DNA of 64,000 nt, from assembly GCF_964244045.1 (NCBI RefSeq), contig NZ_CAXTHK010000004.1:36731-100730 (forward strand). Direction: 5' to 3'. Below are positions 40,974 through 51,341 of this stretch, piece by piece. The DNA comes from an uncultured Jatrophihabitans sp. (GTDB taxonomy: Bacteria; Actinomycetota; Actinomycetes; Mycobacteriales; Jatrophihabitantaceae). How positions within the stretch are numbered: the first letter of the stretch is position 1; the number at the start of each line of letters is the position of its first letter. Made by a program: the position numbers and the translations under genes. The notes beneath the pieces were generated by a model, which did not search any database, had not been told where the DNA came from, and was given only the letters and a program-made list of their open reading frames with translations.

Positions 40974-42722
40974 ATGACCGCCACATTCGAACAGCTGGGT
41001 TTCGACGAGCTCGGCGAACCGCTGCACGCCACCACCTTCGTCGTCGTCGACCTCGAGACCACCGGCGGCGCCGCCGCCAGCGATGCCATCACCGAGATCG
41101 GCGCAGTGAAGGTGTGCGGCGGCGAGGTGCTCGGCGAGTTCCAGACGCTCGTGAACCCGCTGCAGGCCATCAGCCCGTTCGTCAGCGTGCTCACCGGCAT
41201 CACCGACTCGATGGTCTGCACCGCGCCGACCATGTCCGTCACCGTTCCTGCCTTCCTCGAGTTCGCCCGCGGCAGCGTGCTGGTCGCGCACAACGCGCCC
41301 TTCGACGTCGGGTTCCTCAAGGCCGCGTGCGTCGCGCTGGCGCTGCCCTGGCCAGGCTTCGCGGTGGTCGACACCGCGGTGCTGGCCCGGCGCGTCCTGA
41401 CCCGCGACGAGGTCCGCAACTGCAAGCTCGGCACCCTGGCACCGTTCTTCCATGCCCGCACCACGCCGAACCACCGGGCGCTCGAGGACGCGCGGGCCAC
41501 CGTCGACGTGCTGCACGGGTTACTCGGTCGCCTGGGCAGTCTCGGGGTTCAGTCGCTGCCCGAGCTGCGCTCGTTCACCGCCCAGGTGTCCGACGCGCAA
41601 CGGCGCAAGCGTCACCTCGCCGACGGCATGCCCAGCGCGCCGGGGGTGTACATCTTCCGCGACGCCCAAGGCAGCCCGCTCTACGTCGGCACCAGCCGAA
41701 ACCTGCGCAGCCGGGTACGGCAGTACTTCGTCGCCAGTGAGACCCGTAGCCGCATGGGCGAGATGGTGGGGCTGGCCGAACGGGTCGATCCCATCGAGTG
41801 CGCGCACGCCCTGGAAGCACAGGTCCGCGAGCTGCGCCTGATCGCCGCGCACAAGCCGCGCTACAACAAGCGCTCGAAATTTCCCGAGCGGTCGGTGTGG
41901 CTCAAGCTCACCCGGGAGGCCTTCCCAAGGCTGTCGGTCGTGCGCGAGCGCAAGGACGACGGCGCGGCCTACCTTGGACCGCTGCGGACCCAGCGCCAGG
42001 CCGAGGCCGTGCGCGACGCCATCCACGACGCGGTTCCGCTGCGCCAATGCACCGACCGGCTCTCGCTGCGCCGAGTTGTGCGGGCGGCGTGCGTACTCGC
42101 CGGCATTGGCCGGTGTGCCGCGCCGTGCGAGGGCGGGATCGACGTGGGCGACTACGCAGCCCTTGTCGGGCTCGTCGCCTCGGCCTGGCGGGGTGACCCG
42201 CGGCCGCTGGTCGAGCCACTCGAGCGCAAGCTGGCCGCGTTGTCAGCCGCGCAGCGCTACGAGCAGGCCGGGCTGGTCCGCGACCGGATCACCGCCGTTG
42301 TGCGCGCCAGCGCCCGCATGCAGCGGCTGGCCTCGCTGCGCGCGGTCGGCGAACTGGTCGGCGCTCGGCCCGACGGCGACGGCGGCTGGGAGCTTTCCGT
42401 GGTGCGCTCCGGGCGGCTGGTGGGCGCCGGGCACGCCCGCCGCGGCGTGCCGCCCTGGCCGGTCATCGAGGCGCTGCGGGCCACCGCTGACGTCGTCGAC
42501 GAGTCCCACCAGCCGTTGGCCGAGGAGACGGAGTGCATCCTGCGCTGGCTCGAGGAGCCCGGCGTACGCCTCGCCGACGCCACCGACCCCTGGCTGATGC
42601 CGGCCTTCGGAGCAGGTGGTCTGCGCGCCTACCTCACCAACGCCGGGCGCGAGGCCGCCCACCCGTTCGCCGACCGCCGCCGGTTGCCGATGGTCGCCCG
42701 GCCGGCCCGGGCCCGTGCCTGA
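40974..42722 (+). CDS. DEDD exonuclease / GIY-YIG UvrC-like protein (Rv2191 family)
   Basis: VVDLETTG, AHNAPFD, HRALEDA; PGVYIF..LYVG..LRSRVRQYF. Confidence 0.9.
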   Translation: MTATFEQLGFDELGEPLHATTFVVVDLETTGGAAASDAITEIGAVKVCGGEVLGEFQTLVNPLQAISPFVSVLTGITDSMVCTAPTMSVTVPAFLEFARGSVLVAHNAPFDVGFLKAACVALALPWPGFAVVDTAVLARRVLTRDEVRNCKLGTLAPFFHARTTPNHRALEDARATVDVLHGLLGRLGSLGVQSLPELRSFTAQVSDAQRRKRHLADGMPSAPGVYIFRDAQGSPLYVGTSRNLRSRVRQYFVASETRSRMGEMVGLAERVDPIECAHALEAQVRELRLIAAHKPRYNKRSKFPERSVWLKLTREAFPRLSVVRERKDDGAAYLGPLRTQRQAEAVRDAIHDAVPLRQCTDRLSLRRVVRAACVLAGIGRCAAPCEGGIDVGDYAALVGLVASAWRGDPRPLVEPLERKLAALSAAQRYEQAGLVRDRITAVVRASARMQRLASLRAVGELVGARPDGDGGWELSVVRSGRLVGAGHARRGVPPWPVIEALRATADVVDESHQPLAEETECILRWLEEPGVRLADATDPWLMPAFGAGGLRAYLTNAGREAAHPFADRRRLPMVARPARARA

Positions 42723-42758
42723 GCTCGCCTTGAGGCCCAGCGCGCTAGGGTTCGCGAC

Positions 42759-43037
42759 ATGATCACCGCGATCGTCATGATTGCCGTCGAGGCCGACAAG
42801 ATCCCCGAGGTAGCGGCGGCCATCGCAGATCTCGACGGCGTCAGCGAGGTCTACTCGGTCGCCGGCGACGTCGATCTCGTCGCCATCGTGCGGGTCCGCG
42901 AGTTCGAGGCCATCGCCGACGTCATCGCCGGGCGACTGTCGAAGGTCGAGGGCGTGGTGCACACCGACACCCACATCGCGTTCCGGGCGTACTCCAAGCA
43001 CGACCTCGACGCCACGTTCTCCCTCGGCATCGAGTAA
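42759..43037 (+). CDS. Lrp/AsnC ligand-binding domain protein
   Basis: MITAIVMI..VSEVYSVAGDVDL..THIAFRAYS. Confidence 0.85.
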   Translation: MITAIVMIAVEADKIPEVAAAIADLDGVSEVYSVAGDVDLVAIVRVREFEAIADVIAGRLSKVEGVVHTDTHIAFRAYSKHDLDATFSLGIE

Positions 43038-43059
43038 TCGCCCGCGACCCGATACGCGA

Positions 43060-44193
43060 CTAACGGTCGAGCTTCTGCAGCCAGCGGTTGTAGGCCTCGC
43101 GCGCGCCGTCATCGTCGTCGAGCGGTTCGGCGCTGTCGGCCGAGCCGGTGTGCGTGCTGAACGTGGCCCGCCGGGCCTGCTCCAGCCAACCCTGCTCAAC
43201 CGGGGCGGTGTCAACGCGACGCAGCCAGCCGATGACCAGCCCGATCATGATCGCGGCCATGATCGCGTCCCCGCCGAACCACATGATCGCCCCGCCGGTG
43301 CGGGTGTCGGACAGCGCACTGACGTCCAGCAGCGACGGCGCGAGCGCGACCGCATGGGTGCCCTGCATGAGCACGATGCCGGTGAAGGTGTCGACGGCCA
43401 TGGCGATGGCGAGCAGCAGCCACCGAGCCGGCGAGGCCAACCGCCACCGGAGCGGCTCGTCGCCGACCACGAGCGCGAAGAACCAGCAGCCGGCCAACAC
43501 GTAGACCAGGTGCTCGACCTGACCGGCCCAGGTATTGCGCATGATCGTGTCCATCAGCCCCGTCAGGTGGCTGCCGACGATCACTGCGGCGTAGGCGGCC
43601 AGGGCAACGGGCGGGGCGAAGAACACGGACAGGACGCGACCCTGCAGCACCCGCTCGATGCGCGCTCTGCGGGCCGGCGGGGAGGCCAGCAGCAGCAGGC
43701 GCAGCGGGCGTCCCCACATGATCAGCGCGGGCGCGACCATGACGAGCGCCAGGTGCCCGGCCATGTGCGCGGTGAACAGCACCTGGTCGTAGACGGCGAT
43801 GCTGCCGCAGGTGGCGATGACGCAGACGCTGAGACCGGCCAGGAACGACATGGTTCGACGCAGCGGCCACGCCTGCTCGGGGCTGCGGACCCCCGCCAGG
43901 CCGACCCCGGTGAGGTACGCCGCGGCGGCCAGCACCAGGACGGCCAGGGCCACGGAGTCGAGCTGCCAGGAGGTGAACAGGTGCTCGCTGAGCGGGCCGA
44001 GCGGCCCACGCGAGCCGGCGCGGGTCAGCGCCTGGGCGGAGTGGCTGTGCTCACCGCTCATCGACATATGGTCCATAGCCCGGCCCGAGCCCAGGTAGTG
44101 CCAGACGGCGGTCCCCAGGACGGCGATCCCGAGCGCCGCGACCGTCCACGCCAGCACGACCAACCGCGGCACGCGCGGGTTCGTAGCGGTCAT
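43060..44193 (-). CDS. ctaG: Cytochrome c oxidase assembly factor (caa3-type CtaG)
   Basis: [21 protein letters not shown], multiple TM segments; next to the qcr/cta cluster. Confidence 0.8.
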   Translation of the reverse strand: MTATNPRVPRLVVLAWTVAALGIAVLGTAVWHYLGSGRAMDHMSMSGEHSHSAQALTRAGSRGPLGPLSEHLFTSWQLDSVALAVLVLAAAAYLTGVGLAGVRSPEQAWPLRRTMSFLAGLSVCVIATCGSIAVYDQVLFTAHMAGHLALVMVAPALIMWGRPLRLLLLASPPARRARIERVLQGRVLSVFFAPPVALAAYAAVIVGSHLTGLMDTIMRNTWAGQVEHLVYVLAGCWFFALVVGDEPLRWRLASPARWLLLAIAMAVDTFTGIVLMQGTHAVALAPSLLDVSALSDTRTGGAIMWFGGDAIMAAIMIGLVIGWLRRVDTAPVEQGWLEQARRATFSTHTGSADSAEPLDDDDGAREAYNRWLQKLDR

Positions 44194-45278
44194 GATTCCA
44201 GTATCCGCCGCACACCCTGGCTCGCCGCCACCCACCTCTGCAGCAACTCTTGGGCGGCCCCGGTGTCGACCGCTTCGGCGGCGAACTGCAGGCCGCGAAC
44301 CAGTGCGCCGTACAACGGGCCGGCGGCCAGGCCGTCGTGGGCTGCGATGGCCGCTGCGGCGTTGAGCAGGACGACGTCCCGGACGCCGCCTGGCTTGCCG
44401 GCAAGGAGGTCCCGCACGACGGCGGCATTGAACACGCGATCCCCGCCGCGCAGCTCGCCGGCCGCCACCGGAGTGATGCCCAGCGTCGTCGGGTCGATCG
44501 AGGTCTCGGTCACTACGCCGCTCGACGCCACCCACACCGACGTCGTCGTCGTGGTGGTGATCTCGTCCAGGCCGTCGTCGCCCCGAAAGACGAGGGCGCT
44601 GTCACCGCGCGCGGCCAGCACCTGGGCCATGACCGGCGCCATCCGCCGGTCGGCGCAGCCGATCGCCGACGCGGCCACGCGCGCCGGGTTGGTAAGGGGG
44701 CCGAGGAAGTTGAACGCGGTCGGGACGCCGAGCTCGCGACGTGCCGCGCCGGCGTGCCGCATCCCGGCGTGGAAGACGGGTGCGAAGCAGAACCCGATCC
44801 CGACCTCGTCGACCGTGCGCGCCACCCCGGCCGGCGGCAGGTCGATCGCGACGCCGAGCTCCTCGAGGACATCGGCGGTGCCGCAGGCCGACGACGCCGC
44901 ACGGCCGCCGTGCTTCACCACCCGCCGACCCGTGCCGGCCACCACCAGTGCGGCCATCGTCGAGATGTTGACGGTGTGTGCGCGGTCTGCGCCGGTGCCC
45001 ACGATGTCGACGCTGGGCCCCTCGATCAGCAGCGGTGCGGCGCGGTCCAGCATCGTACGGACCAGTCCGGACAGCTCGCCCGGCGTCTCACCCTTGGCGC
45101 GCAGCAGCACTGCGAACGCGGCGAGCTGGGCCTGCGTGGCGTTGCCGGCCATCACCTCGTCCATGGCCCACGCCGTGTCGGCCGCGGCGAGCTCCTCGCC
45201 GGCCATCAAGGCAGTGAGGACGCCTGGCCAGGTGCGCTCGACACCGCTTGTGGAGTTGTCGCCGGCGCCGGAAGACAC
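44190..45278 (-). CDS. trpD: Anthranilate phosphoribosyltransferase
   Basis: [36 protein letters not shown]. Confidence 0.93.
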   Translation of the reverse strand: MSSGAGDNSTSGVERTWPGVLTALMAGEELAAADTAWAMDEVMAGNATQAQLAAFAVLLRAKGETPGELSGLVRTMLDRAAPLLIEGPSVDIVGTGADRAHTVNISTMAALVVAGTGRRVVKHGGRAASSACGTADVLEELGVAIDLPPAGVARTVDEVGIGFCFAPVFHAGMRHAGAARRELGVPTAFNFLGPLTNPARVAASAIGCADRRMAPVMAQVLAARGDSALVFRGDDGLDEITTTTTTSVWVASSGVVTETSIDPTTLGITPVAAGELRGGDRVFNAAVVRDLLAGKPGGVRDVVLLNAAAAIAAHDGLAAGPLYGALVRGLQFAAEAVDTGAAQELLQRWVAASQGVRRILES

Positions 45279-45283
45279 CGCCG

Positions 45284-45703
45284 CTACCGGACGACCGGGA
45301 TGCCCGTATGGCGCCGACGCAGCTGCTCGGCGACCACCGCAGCGCTCTCGACCGGGTCGATCGGGGTGTTGATGACGGCGTCGGCGAGCGACCACGACGC
45401 CAGCCAGCCGTCCTGCCGGCGCGCGATGAGCACCACGATCGCCGGGCAGTCCTGCAACTCGTACTTGAACTGGCGGGCCAGGCCCATGCCGCCGGTGGGC
45501 TGGGCCTCACCGTCGAGGATGGCGACGTCTACGCCGCCCTCGTCCAGCTGCTCGATGACCTGGGCGTTCGTCTCGCACTCGATCCAGTCGATGCGCCCGG
45601 TGTCGGGTGCCGGGCGCCGGCCCACCGCGCTGCGCACCGTGGCCCGCACCTCGGCGTGGTTGCTGTACACGAGAACCGTCACGCGCTCCGGCACTGTCGC
45701 CAT
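45284..45703 (-). CDS. Stand-alone receiver-like protein
   Basis: [19 protein letters not shown]; conserved position between trpD and ctaE. Confidence 0.75.
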   Translation of the reverse strand: MATVPERVTVLVYSNHAEVRATVRSAVGRRPAPDTGRIDWIECETNAQVIEQLDEGGVDVAILDGEAQPTGGMGLARQFKYELQDCPAIVVLIARRQDGWLASWSLADAVINTPIDPVESAAVVAEQLRRRHTGIPVVR

Positions 45704-45874
45704 AGATCCGTCCTCGTTCCAGCCGCTCGTTCCGGGGTCGAACCCTGATCGTATCGGCGCGGTCTCGCAGCACCCCACTGCCACCTTCGTGCCACCTCGG
45801 GCCACCTGCGAGCACGCTGCAACACCCCCCACCCCGGACGCCGAAGTCGCTCTTCAAGGGTTCATACTTCTGAG

Positions 45875-46498
45875 GTGACCTCGACCGCCACAGCAGCAAA
45901 CTTCGAGTCCAGCAGGGTGCACTCGCTGACGCGTCCGAACGTGGTCAGCGTCGGCACCATCGTCTGGCTGTCGAGCGAGCTGATGTTCTTCGCCGGCCTG
46001 TTCGCGATGTACTTCACTGTCCGGTCCGTGCACGCCACGGACTGGCCGATGCACCTGCCCGACGGCGAACCCATCAAGCTGAGCGTGGCCTACGCGCTGC
46101 CGTTCACGGTGATACTCGTCGCCTCGAGCTTCACCTGCCAGTGGGGTGTGTTCGCGGCCGAGAAGGGCGACGTCTACAAGCTGCGTCGCTGGTTCATCCT
46201 GACGTTCTTCCTGGGTCTTATCTTCGTGCTCGGGCAGGCCAACGAGTACCGGATGCAGTACGCCGACGGCAACACCATCAAGGCCACCGGATACGGCTCC
46301 GTCTTCTTCCTCGCGACCGGCTTCCACGGCCTGCACGTCATCGGTGGCCTCATCGCGTTCATCCTGTTCCTGATCCGGACCGCCCTGGGCAAGTTCACAC
46401 CCGCCCAGGCCACCGCGGCGATCGTCGTGTCGTACTACTGGCATTTCGTCGACGTCGTGTGGGTCGGGCTGTTCGCGGTGATCTACCTCATCCAATGA
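45875..46498 (+). CDS. ctaE: Cytochrome c oxidase subunit III
   Basis: [27 protein letters not shown]; leaderless CATACT-N6-GTG. Confidence 0.95.
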   Translation: MTSTATAANFESSRVHSLTRPNVVSVGTIVWLSSELMFFAGLFAMYFTVRSVHATDWPMHLPDGEPIKLSVAYALPFTVILVASSFTCQWGVFAAEKGDVYKLRRWFILTFFLGLIFVLGQANEYRMQYADGNTIKATGYGSVFFLATGFHGLHVIGGLIAFILFLIRTALGKFTPAQATAAIVVSYYWHFVDVVWVGLFAVIYLIQ

Positions 46499-46569
46499 GC
46501 GCCGTACTCGCGCCGAGGCGCAGCCTGGGCTTGTGGACGCCGGGGACATCGACGGAAGGACAGTTGTGA
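46495..46569 (+). other. 24-aa coupled mini-ORF bridging ctaE and qcrC ([24 protein letters not shown])
   Basis: ATG 46495 overlaps the ctaE TGA; TGA 46567-46569 overlaps in-frame qcrC GTG 46566, which is preceded by GGAAGGA. Confidence 0.65.
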
Positions 46570-47489
46570 ACGACGACATTGAGGCCGGCGAGCTGGACGC
46601 TGCCGAGCTCGGCTTCGAGCCGGCTGTCTCGGCCACCGGCGCCCCCACCGCCAGGACCAGCGGCGCGACAGCTCGCGCAACCCGGTCACCACGCCGTCGC
46701 CGACGCGCACGCTCGGGTGGCGGCCTGCGGCGTCGCCTGGGCGCCGCAGCCGTCCTGATCGCCGCGCTCTGCGCGATGGGTGGCTCCTACGCGATGTTTG
46801 CCGCGTCCTCGGGCGCCGCGGGCACTGGGTCGAGCACGGCGGACATCGAGGCGGGCCGCCAGCTCTACCAGGTCGGCTGCATAACCTGCCATGGCGCCAA
46901 CCTCGACGGCGTCAAGGGCAACGGGCCCTCGATCATCGGCTCCGGCAGCGCGTCGGTCTACTTCCAGGTCTCCACCGGCCGCATGCCCCTGGCTCGCCAG
47001 GGGGCGTATGCGCCGCGCAAGGAAGCGAAGTACAACGAAACGCAGACCGAGCAGCTCGGCGCCTACATCCAGTCCGTCGGCGGCGGCCCCACCGTTCCGG
47101 TGGGCAAGCTCGAGTCCTCGTCGGCGCAGATCGGCAAGGGCGGGGAGCTGTTCCGGCTCAACTGCGCGTCCTGCCACGGCGCAACCTTCCACGGCGCCCC
47201 GCTGTCGGGCGGCAAGATCGCACCGTCGCTGCTGGACGCGAACGACAAGCAGATCTACACCGCGATGCTGTCCGGGCCCGAGAACATGCCGGTGTTCAGC
47301 GACAACACCATCACCCCGGCCCAGAAGAAGCAGATCATCGGCTACATCCAGACGCTGAAGGCGTCGCAGGACCCAGGCGGCAACGGCATCGCCCGCATCG
47401 GCCCGGTGTCCGAAGCCATCGTGATCTGGGTGGGCGGGGTCGGCGCGCTGATGATCTCGATCCTCTGGATTGGAGCACGCGCGCGATGA
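46566..47489 (+). CDS. qcrC: Cytochrome bc1 (bcc) diheme cytochrome c subunit
   Basis: CITCH and CASCH heme motifs; start placed at the RBS-preceded GTG 46566 (longest ORF begins 46533). Confidence 0.93.
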   Translation: MNDDIEAGELDAAELGFEPAVSATGAPTARTSGATARATRSPRRRRRARSGGGLRRRLGAAAVLIAALCAMGGSYAMFAASSGAAGTGSSTADIEAGRQLYQVGCITCHGANLDGVKGNGPSIIGSGSASVYFQVSTGRMPLARQGAYAPRKEAKYNETQTEQLGAYIQSVGGGPTVPVGKLESSSAQIGKGGELFRLNCASCHGATFHGAPLSGGKIAPSLLDANDKQIYTAMLSGPENMPVFSDNTITPAQKKQIIGYIQTLKASQDPGGNGIARIGPVSEAIVIWVGGVGALMISILWIGARAR

Positions 47490-47687
47490 GCGACGCTTGC
47501 GGAGCGAACAGTGTGATCTCGGCGGCGAAGCCGCCTATCGGGGCGAGGACGGACCCGAGCGCAGCGAGTGGTCCAGAGGAGTCCCGATGAGCGACGCTTG
47601 CGGAGCGAACAGTGTGATCTCGGCGGCGAAGCCGCCTATCGGGGCGAGGACGGACCCGAGCGCAGCGAGTGGTCCAGAGGAGTCCCG
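47486..47687 (+). repeat. Two tandem 101-bp MIRU-like units, each a 34-aa coupled mini-ORF MSDACGANSVISAAKPPIGARTDPSAASGPEESR
   Basis: Identical units at 47486 and 47587; ATGA overlaps at 47486, 47587 and 47688; GAGGAG SD before each next ATG. Confidence 0.95.
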
Positions 47688-48833
47688 ATGAGCACGACTC
47701 ACGAGCCGCACACGACGGCAGGTTCGCATGTGCAGCCGCCTGAGCCGCTGACCGCGGACGAGCTGCGGGAGATGTCCACCGAGGACGCGATGCTTGCCGG
47801 CACCGAGGCCGACGGCGTCCACATCGTCCACCGGCGCAACCGCTTCCCGGTCCCCGGAACGAAGGCCGAGAAGCGCGTCGAGCGGGCCGTCGCCCTGACC
47901 TTCTTGATCTCCGCGCTGGGCGGTGTGGGCTTCATCGTCGCGTTCGTTGCGCTGCCGTACCGCTGGCACCTGCCCGGAACGCCGCAGAACTTCCGCTTCT
48001 ACACACCGGCGCTCGGTGCGCTGCTCGCGATCATGCTGATCTTCATGGGCGTGGGCCTCGTGCTGTGGGCCAAGTGGCTCATGCCCGAGGAGGAGGCGGT
48101 CCAGGACCGCCACGACGACCCCACCACCGAGCAGGACAAGCTAATGATCGAGGCCACGCTGCTCAGCGGCCTCGAGGACACCGGCCTGCCCCGGCGCGGC
48201 CTGATCCTCAAGACGCTCGGTCTGGCCGGTGGCGCGATGCTCACCGTGCCCCTGGTCGCCCTCGTCGGCGGGATGATCAAGAACCCCGGCAACAAGTTCT
48301 TCCACACCCAGTTCCGTCCGAACAAGAAGCTGTTCCCGCCGAACGGGCACGTGCCGATCGTCGACGTCGACTTCCGGCGCATCGGGCCCGACGACCTCGA
48401 GCCCGGCGGCCTGCTGACCGTGTTCCCCGGCATCCACGAGGACGACTCCGACGGGTTCAACGGCGTCACCGACGCCGCCTCTCCGACGTTGTTGATCCGC
48501 TTGCACCCGGGTCAGAAGGTCCAGGCCCGTAAGGGCCAGGCCGGGTTCGGTTGGCCGACAGCCAACCCCGAGTACGTCGCGTTCTCCAAGATCTGCACGC
48601 ACGCTGGTTGCCCGGCCTCGCTGTACGAGCAGCAGACCTCCCGGCTGCTGTGCCCGTGCCACCAATCGCAGTTCGAGGTGCTCAAGGACGCCAAGCCAGT
48701 TTTCGGTCCGGCATCTCGCAGCCTTCCCAAGCTCCCACTTGGCGTGGAAATGGGGGACGATGGACGTCAGTACTTCGTCGCCCTCGACGACTATCACGAA
48801 GCGATCGGTCCCGCCTTCTGGAACCGGCCGTGA
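47688..48833 (+). CDS. qcrA: Rieske iron-sulfur subunit
   Basis: CTHAGC and CPCHQS motifs, three TM segments; start at ATG 47688 after the repeats. Confidence 0.94.
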   Translation: MSTTHEPHTTAGSHVQPPEPLTADELREMSTEDAMLAGTEADGVHIVHRRNRFPVPGTKAEKRVERAVALTFLISALGGVGFIVAFVALPYRWHLPGTPQNFRFYTPALGALLAIMLIFMGVGLVLWAKWLMPEEEAVQDRHDDPTTEQDKLMIEATLLSGLEDTGLPRRGLILKTLGLAGGAMLTVPLVALVGGMIKNPGNKFFHTQFRPNKKLFPPNGHVPIVDVDFRRIGPDDLEPGGLLTVFPGIHEDDSDGFNGVTDAASPTLLIRLHPGQKVQARKGQAGFGWPTANPEYVAFSKICTHAGCPASLYEQQTSRLLCPCHQSQFEVLKDAKPVFGPASRSLPKLPLGVEMGDDGRQYFVALDDYHEAIGPAFWNRP

Positions 48834-48904
48834 GCACCACTTCACACCAGGCCCCAACCCAGCGAGCCGCCAGTAATGACTGCGTGTCTGTGAGGACATC
48901 ATGA
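48830..48904 (+). other. 24-aa coupled mini-ORF bridging qcrA and qcrB ([24 protein letters not shown])
   Basis: GTG 48830 overlaps the qcrA TGA; TGA 48902-48904 overlaps the qcrB ATG 48901. Confidence 0.65.
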
Positions 48905-50544
48905 CCGCCACCAGATCACCGGTAGCCCGGCGCTCCAACGAGCCGCGAACGCCGCAGGGCAAGGCCGGCAAGTTCATGGACGACCGGCTGACCATGGCCG
49001 GGCCCATGCGCAAGCAGCTGAACAAGGTCTTCCCGGACCACTGGTCGTTCATGATGGGCGAGATCGCGCTGTACTCGTTCGTCATCCTGTTGCTGAGCGG
49101 CACATACCTGACGTTCTTCTACGACCCGTCCATGGCAGAGGTCGTCTACCACGGCCGATACGTCCCGCTGCGCGACATCACCATGTCCCGTGCCTATGCC
49201 TCGACGCTCGACATCACGTTCGACGTACGCGGCGGCCTGATCGTCCGCCAGATCCACCACTGGGCCGCGCTGATGTTCCTGGCCGCGATGATGGTGCACA
49301 TGTTCCGGGTGTTCTTCACCGGGGCGTTCCGCAAGCCGCGTGAGCTGAACTGGCTGATCGGTATCGGGCTGCTCGCACTCGGCATCATCGAGGGTTTCGC
49401 CGGCTACTCACTGCCCGACGACCTGCTGTCCGGTACGGGCCTGCGTATCGCCGACGCGATCATGCTGTCGATCCCGGTCATCGGCACCTGGGTGTCGTTC
49501 CTGCTCTTCGGCGGGCCCTTCCCCGGTCACGAGATCATCGGCCGGCTCTACATCGCCCACGTCCTGCTGATCCCGGCCATCCTGGCCGCGTTGATCGGTG
49601 CCCACCTCGCACTCGTCGTGCGCCAGAAGCACACCCAGTTCGCCGGTCACGGGCACACCGAGGACACCGTCAGCGGCGAGCGGGTGTTCCCCGTCTACGC
49701 GGCCAAGGCCGGCGGTTTCTTCTTCGTCGTCTTCGGCATCACCTGTGCACTCGGCGGTCTGGCACAGATCAACCCGGTGTGGTTGTTCGGCCCGTATGAG
49801 GCGTCCCAGGTGTCTTCGGGTTCACAGCCCGACTGGTACATGGGCTTCCTGGACGGTTCGACGCGACTGTTCCCGTCCTGGGAGATCCGCAACTTCGGGT
49901 ACACGATCCCGGCCGTGTTCTGGCCGACGGTGGTGCTGCCGGGCATCTTGTTCACGCTCGCGGCTGCGTACCCGTTCATCGAGGCCAAGATGACAGGTGA
50001 CAAGGCCCGGCACCACCTGCTGCAGCGCCCCCGTGACGTTCCGGTTCGCACCGGCCTGGGCTGCATGGCCATTGCGTTCTACGTGGTCCTATATCTGTCA
50101 GGCTCGAACGACATCATCGCCAAGGCGTTCGACATCTCGCTGAACGCCATGACGTGGGCCGGCCGCATCGGCCTGCTCGTCATCCCGCCGCTGGCTTACC
50201 TGTTCGCCTACCGGATCTGCCTGGGCCTGCAGCGCCACGACCGCGAGGTGCTCGAGCACGGCATCGAGACCGGGATCATCAAGGTCCTGCCGACCGGTGA
50301 GTTCATCGAGGTTCACCAGCCCCTGGGGCCGGTCGACGAACACGGTCACGGCCAGCTGTCCTACAGCGGCACCCCGGTGCCCAAGCGGATGAGCCAGGTC
50401 GGCGGTGCCTCGCCATTGCGGCACATCCGCGGGTTCCTCTACCCCGTCAAGGAGAAGCCCGAGATCCAGGCCGCTATCGACGCGATCGAGGCTGCCGAGC
50501 TGGCAAGGCTCCAGGGCGAAGACCGCAAACAGCTCACCGACTGA
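48901..50544 (+). CDS. qcrB: Cytochrome b subunit
   Basis: [27 protein letters not shown]. Confidence 0.95.
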   Translation: MTATRSPVARRSNEPRTPQGKAGKFMDDRLTMAGPMRKQLNKVFPDHWSFMMGEIALYSFVILLLSGTYLTFFYDPSMAEVVYHGRYVPLRDITMSRAYASTLDITFDVRGGLIVRQIHHWAALMFLAAMMVHMFRVFFTGAFRKPRELNWLIGIGLLALGIIEGFAGYSLPDDLLSGTGLRIADAIMLSIPVIGTWVSFLLFGGPFPGHEIIGRLYIAHVLLIPAILAALIGAHLALVVRQKHTQFAGHGHTEDTVSGERVFPVYAAKAGGFFFVVFGITCALGGLAQINPVWLFGPYEASQVSSGSQPDWYMGFLDGSTRLFPSWEIRNFGYTIPAVFWPTVVLPGILFTLAAAYPFIEAKMTGDKARHHLLQRPRDVPVRTGLGCMAIAFYVVLYLSGSNDIIAKAFDISLNAMTWAGRIGLLVIPPLAYLFAYRICLGLQRHDREVLEHGIETGIIKVLPTGEFIEVHQPLGPVDEHGHGQLSYSGTPVPKRMSQVGGASPLRHIRGFLYPVKEKPEIQAAIDAIEAAELARLQGEDRKQLTD

Positions 50545-50563
50545 CGCAGCACGCACGGTCGAC

Positions 50564-50597
50564 CGGGGCCGCGACCAGTTACGGGGTCGCGGCCCCG
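50564..50597. terminator. Stem-loop after qcrB
   Basis: CGGGGCCGCGACC / GGTCGCGGCCCCG, 13-bp stem with 8-nt loop; no U-tract. Confidence 0.55.
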
Positions 50598-50630
50598 ATG
50601 TCGTTTCGCCGTGCGTCCATCGAGGGATGG

Positions 50631-50846
50631 GTCGAGTGGTGAGTTACGCGTCGAGTGGTGCGCTATAACCCACCACTCGCCCGATAACCCACCACTCGAC
50701 CGACGGGGTCGACGGGATCGCGCCCGGGCACCCGGCCTGCGGCCACGACGTGACACCAGCGCAGCGGTCGTCGGCCGTCGAGTGGTGCGTTACGCATCGA
50801 GTGGTGCGTTATAACCCACCACTCGCCTGATAACGCACCACTCGAC
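50631..50846. repeat. Two 70-bp composite palindromic elements (50631-50700, 50777-50846)
   Basis: Each has two direct TCGAGTGGTG(C/A)G(T/C)TA subunits followed by two inverted TAAC(C/G)CACCACTCG subunits; between convergent qcrB and ctaF. Confidence 0.9.
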
Positions 50847-50899
50847 GGGTGCACCGCGGGCACCGGAGAGATGGCGCCGGGGAGGGCGGGAGTGGTCGA

Positions 50900-51340
50900 T
50901 CAGCCGTGGTTGGGCGGGTCGAGCAGGCCTCGGGCACCGCCGAGGTAGTACTCGAACAGCAGACCGCCAACGGTGAACAGGATCGTCATGACGCCAACGA
51001 TCACCAGCCAGAGCTGCGCGAAGGCGAGCCCCACGCCGGTCAGGGCCGCGGAACCAGCGACCGCGACTGGCCAGTAGGAGCCCGGGCTGAAGAAGCCCAG
51101 GTCACCGGCCATCTCGGCGATCTCGGCGTCGGCACGGTCCTCAGGACGAGGATCAATACGCCGGGACACGAAGTAGAAGAACGAACCCGGGATGCCCAGC
51201 AATCCGCCGGACAGGATCAGGGCCGCGACGCCGACGACCTCGACGTGGCCCTGGTACAGGTCACTCCAGACTCCGTAGGCGATGGCAGCGAGCCAGCAGA
51301 AGATGGCAACCCCGAGAAAGATCCTGGCTTCGGACTTCAT
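50900..51340 (-). CDS. ctaF: Cytochrome c oxidase subunit IV
   Basis: MKSEARIF, RRIDPRPED, GFFSPGSYWP, FEYY. Confidence 0.92.
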   Translation of the reverse strand: MKSEARIFLGVAIFCWLAAIAYGVWSDLYQGHVEVVGVAALILSGGLLGIPGSFFYFVSRRIDPRPEDRADAEIAEMAGDLGFFSPGSYWPVAVAGSAALTGVGLAFAQLWLVIVGVMTILFTVGGLLFEYYLGGARGLLDPPNHG

Positions 51341-51341
51341 G

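Noticed and set aside
47568-47687. Longer qcrA start at 47568
   Set aside because: The extension is repeat sequence read in another frame; the SD and ATGA overlap point to 47688
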